53,071 nt of DNA, from the IMG/VR virus record IMGVR_UViG_3300021976_000019, positions 1 through 53,071 of that record. One strand, written 5' to 3'. The notes under the pieces are model-generated. The model made no database searches and was not told the origin of the DNA. It saw nothing but the letters and a program-made list of their open reading frames with translations. The stretch comes from a virus (taxonomy: Duplodnaviria > Caudoviricetes). The translations under genes and the position numbers were made by a program. Of this stretch, positions 52,951-53,071 are shown one piece after another; position 1 is the stretch's first letter; each line of letters starts with the position of its first letter.

Positions 52951-53071
52951 GAAGCGCCCCCAGGAAGAGCTGGATCAGGTTGCGGGCCTGGTGCTCGTTG
53001 CGCGGATCGGGCTCGGGATGGCGGAGGAAGGACGCGGCCAGCGCCTGCGGGATCTGGGAAAGGACGTTGTC
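52943..53071 (-). CDS. 3' end of an upstream gene (partial)
   Basis: Open frame DNVLSQIPQ...GALRG* runs off the window edge. Confidence 0.45.
   Translation of the reverse strand, partial: DNVLSQIPQALAASFLRHPEPDPRNEHQARNLIQLFLGALRG

Noticed and set aside
1-53071. Alternative genetic code suggested by the release factor and the CUA-containing loop
   Set aside because: Genes end normally at TGA, TAG and TAA, and long ORFs are intact under the standard code

Overview
A 53-kb internal segment of a large, GC-rich tailed dsDNA phage (or prophage). Gene content suggests an actinobacterial host; that is an inference. All credible genes lie on the minus strand. In transcription order the window holds: (1) replication/recombination genes (HolA-like subunit, intein-containing family A DNA polymerase, SSB, RuvC, RecA, DUF932-like); (2) tail-appendage genes (collagen-like fibre and a DUF4082/PhoD/beta-helix protein); (3) the N-half of a split SbcC and two membrane-anchored proteins; (4) a sigma-A-type promoter driving six Y-RNA-like ncRNAs and a Ro60/Rsr gene; (5) HNH, SbcD, an RF1-like release factor, phosphatase, DNA methylase, Cas4-like nuclease, beta clamp, SbcC C-half and DnaX; (6) terminase, portal, MuF and two very large multidomain proteins; (7) the capsid and head-tail module. 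The main candidate for an undescribed system is an RNA/translation-control module with three parts. First, six tandem Y RNAs share one Ro-binding scaffold but carry different tRNA-like cassettes, one permuted YrlA-type and one a full canonical-order tRNA with an 8-nt anticodon loop. Second, a strand-swapped copy of the Ro-binding helix sits beside the rsr ribosome-binding site and is a candidate autoregulatory operator. Third, the RF1-like (PxT/GGQ) gene is split at the prfB-type +1 frameshift site CTT-TGA-C. Also notable are a PolA with a DnaE-like C-terminal domain encoded with its own clamp and clamp loader, three recurring promoter motif classes, and a nested scaffold gene. All calls come from reading motifs by eye; no searches or folding programs were run.
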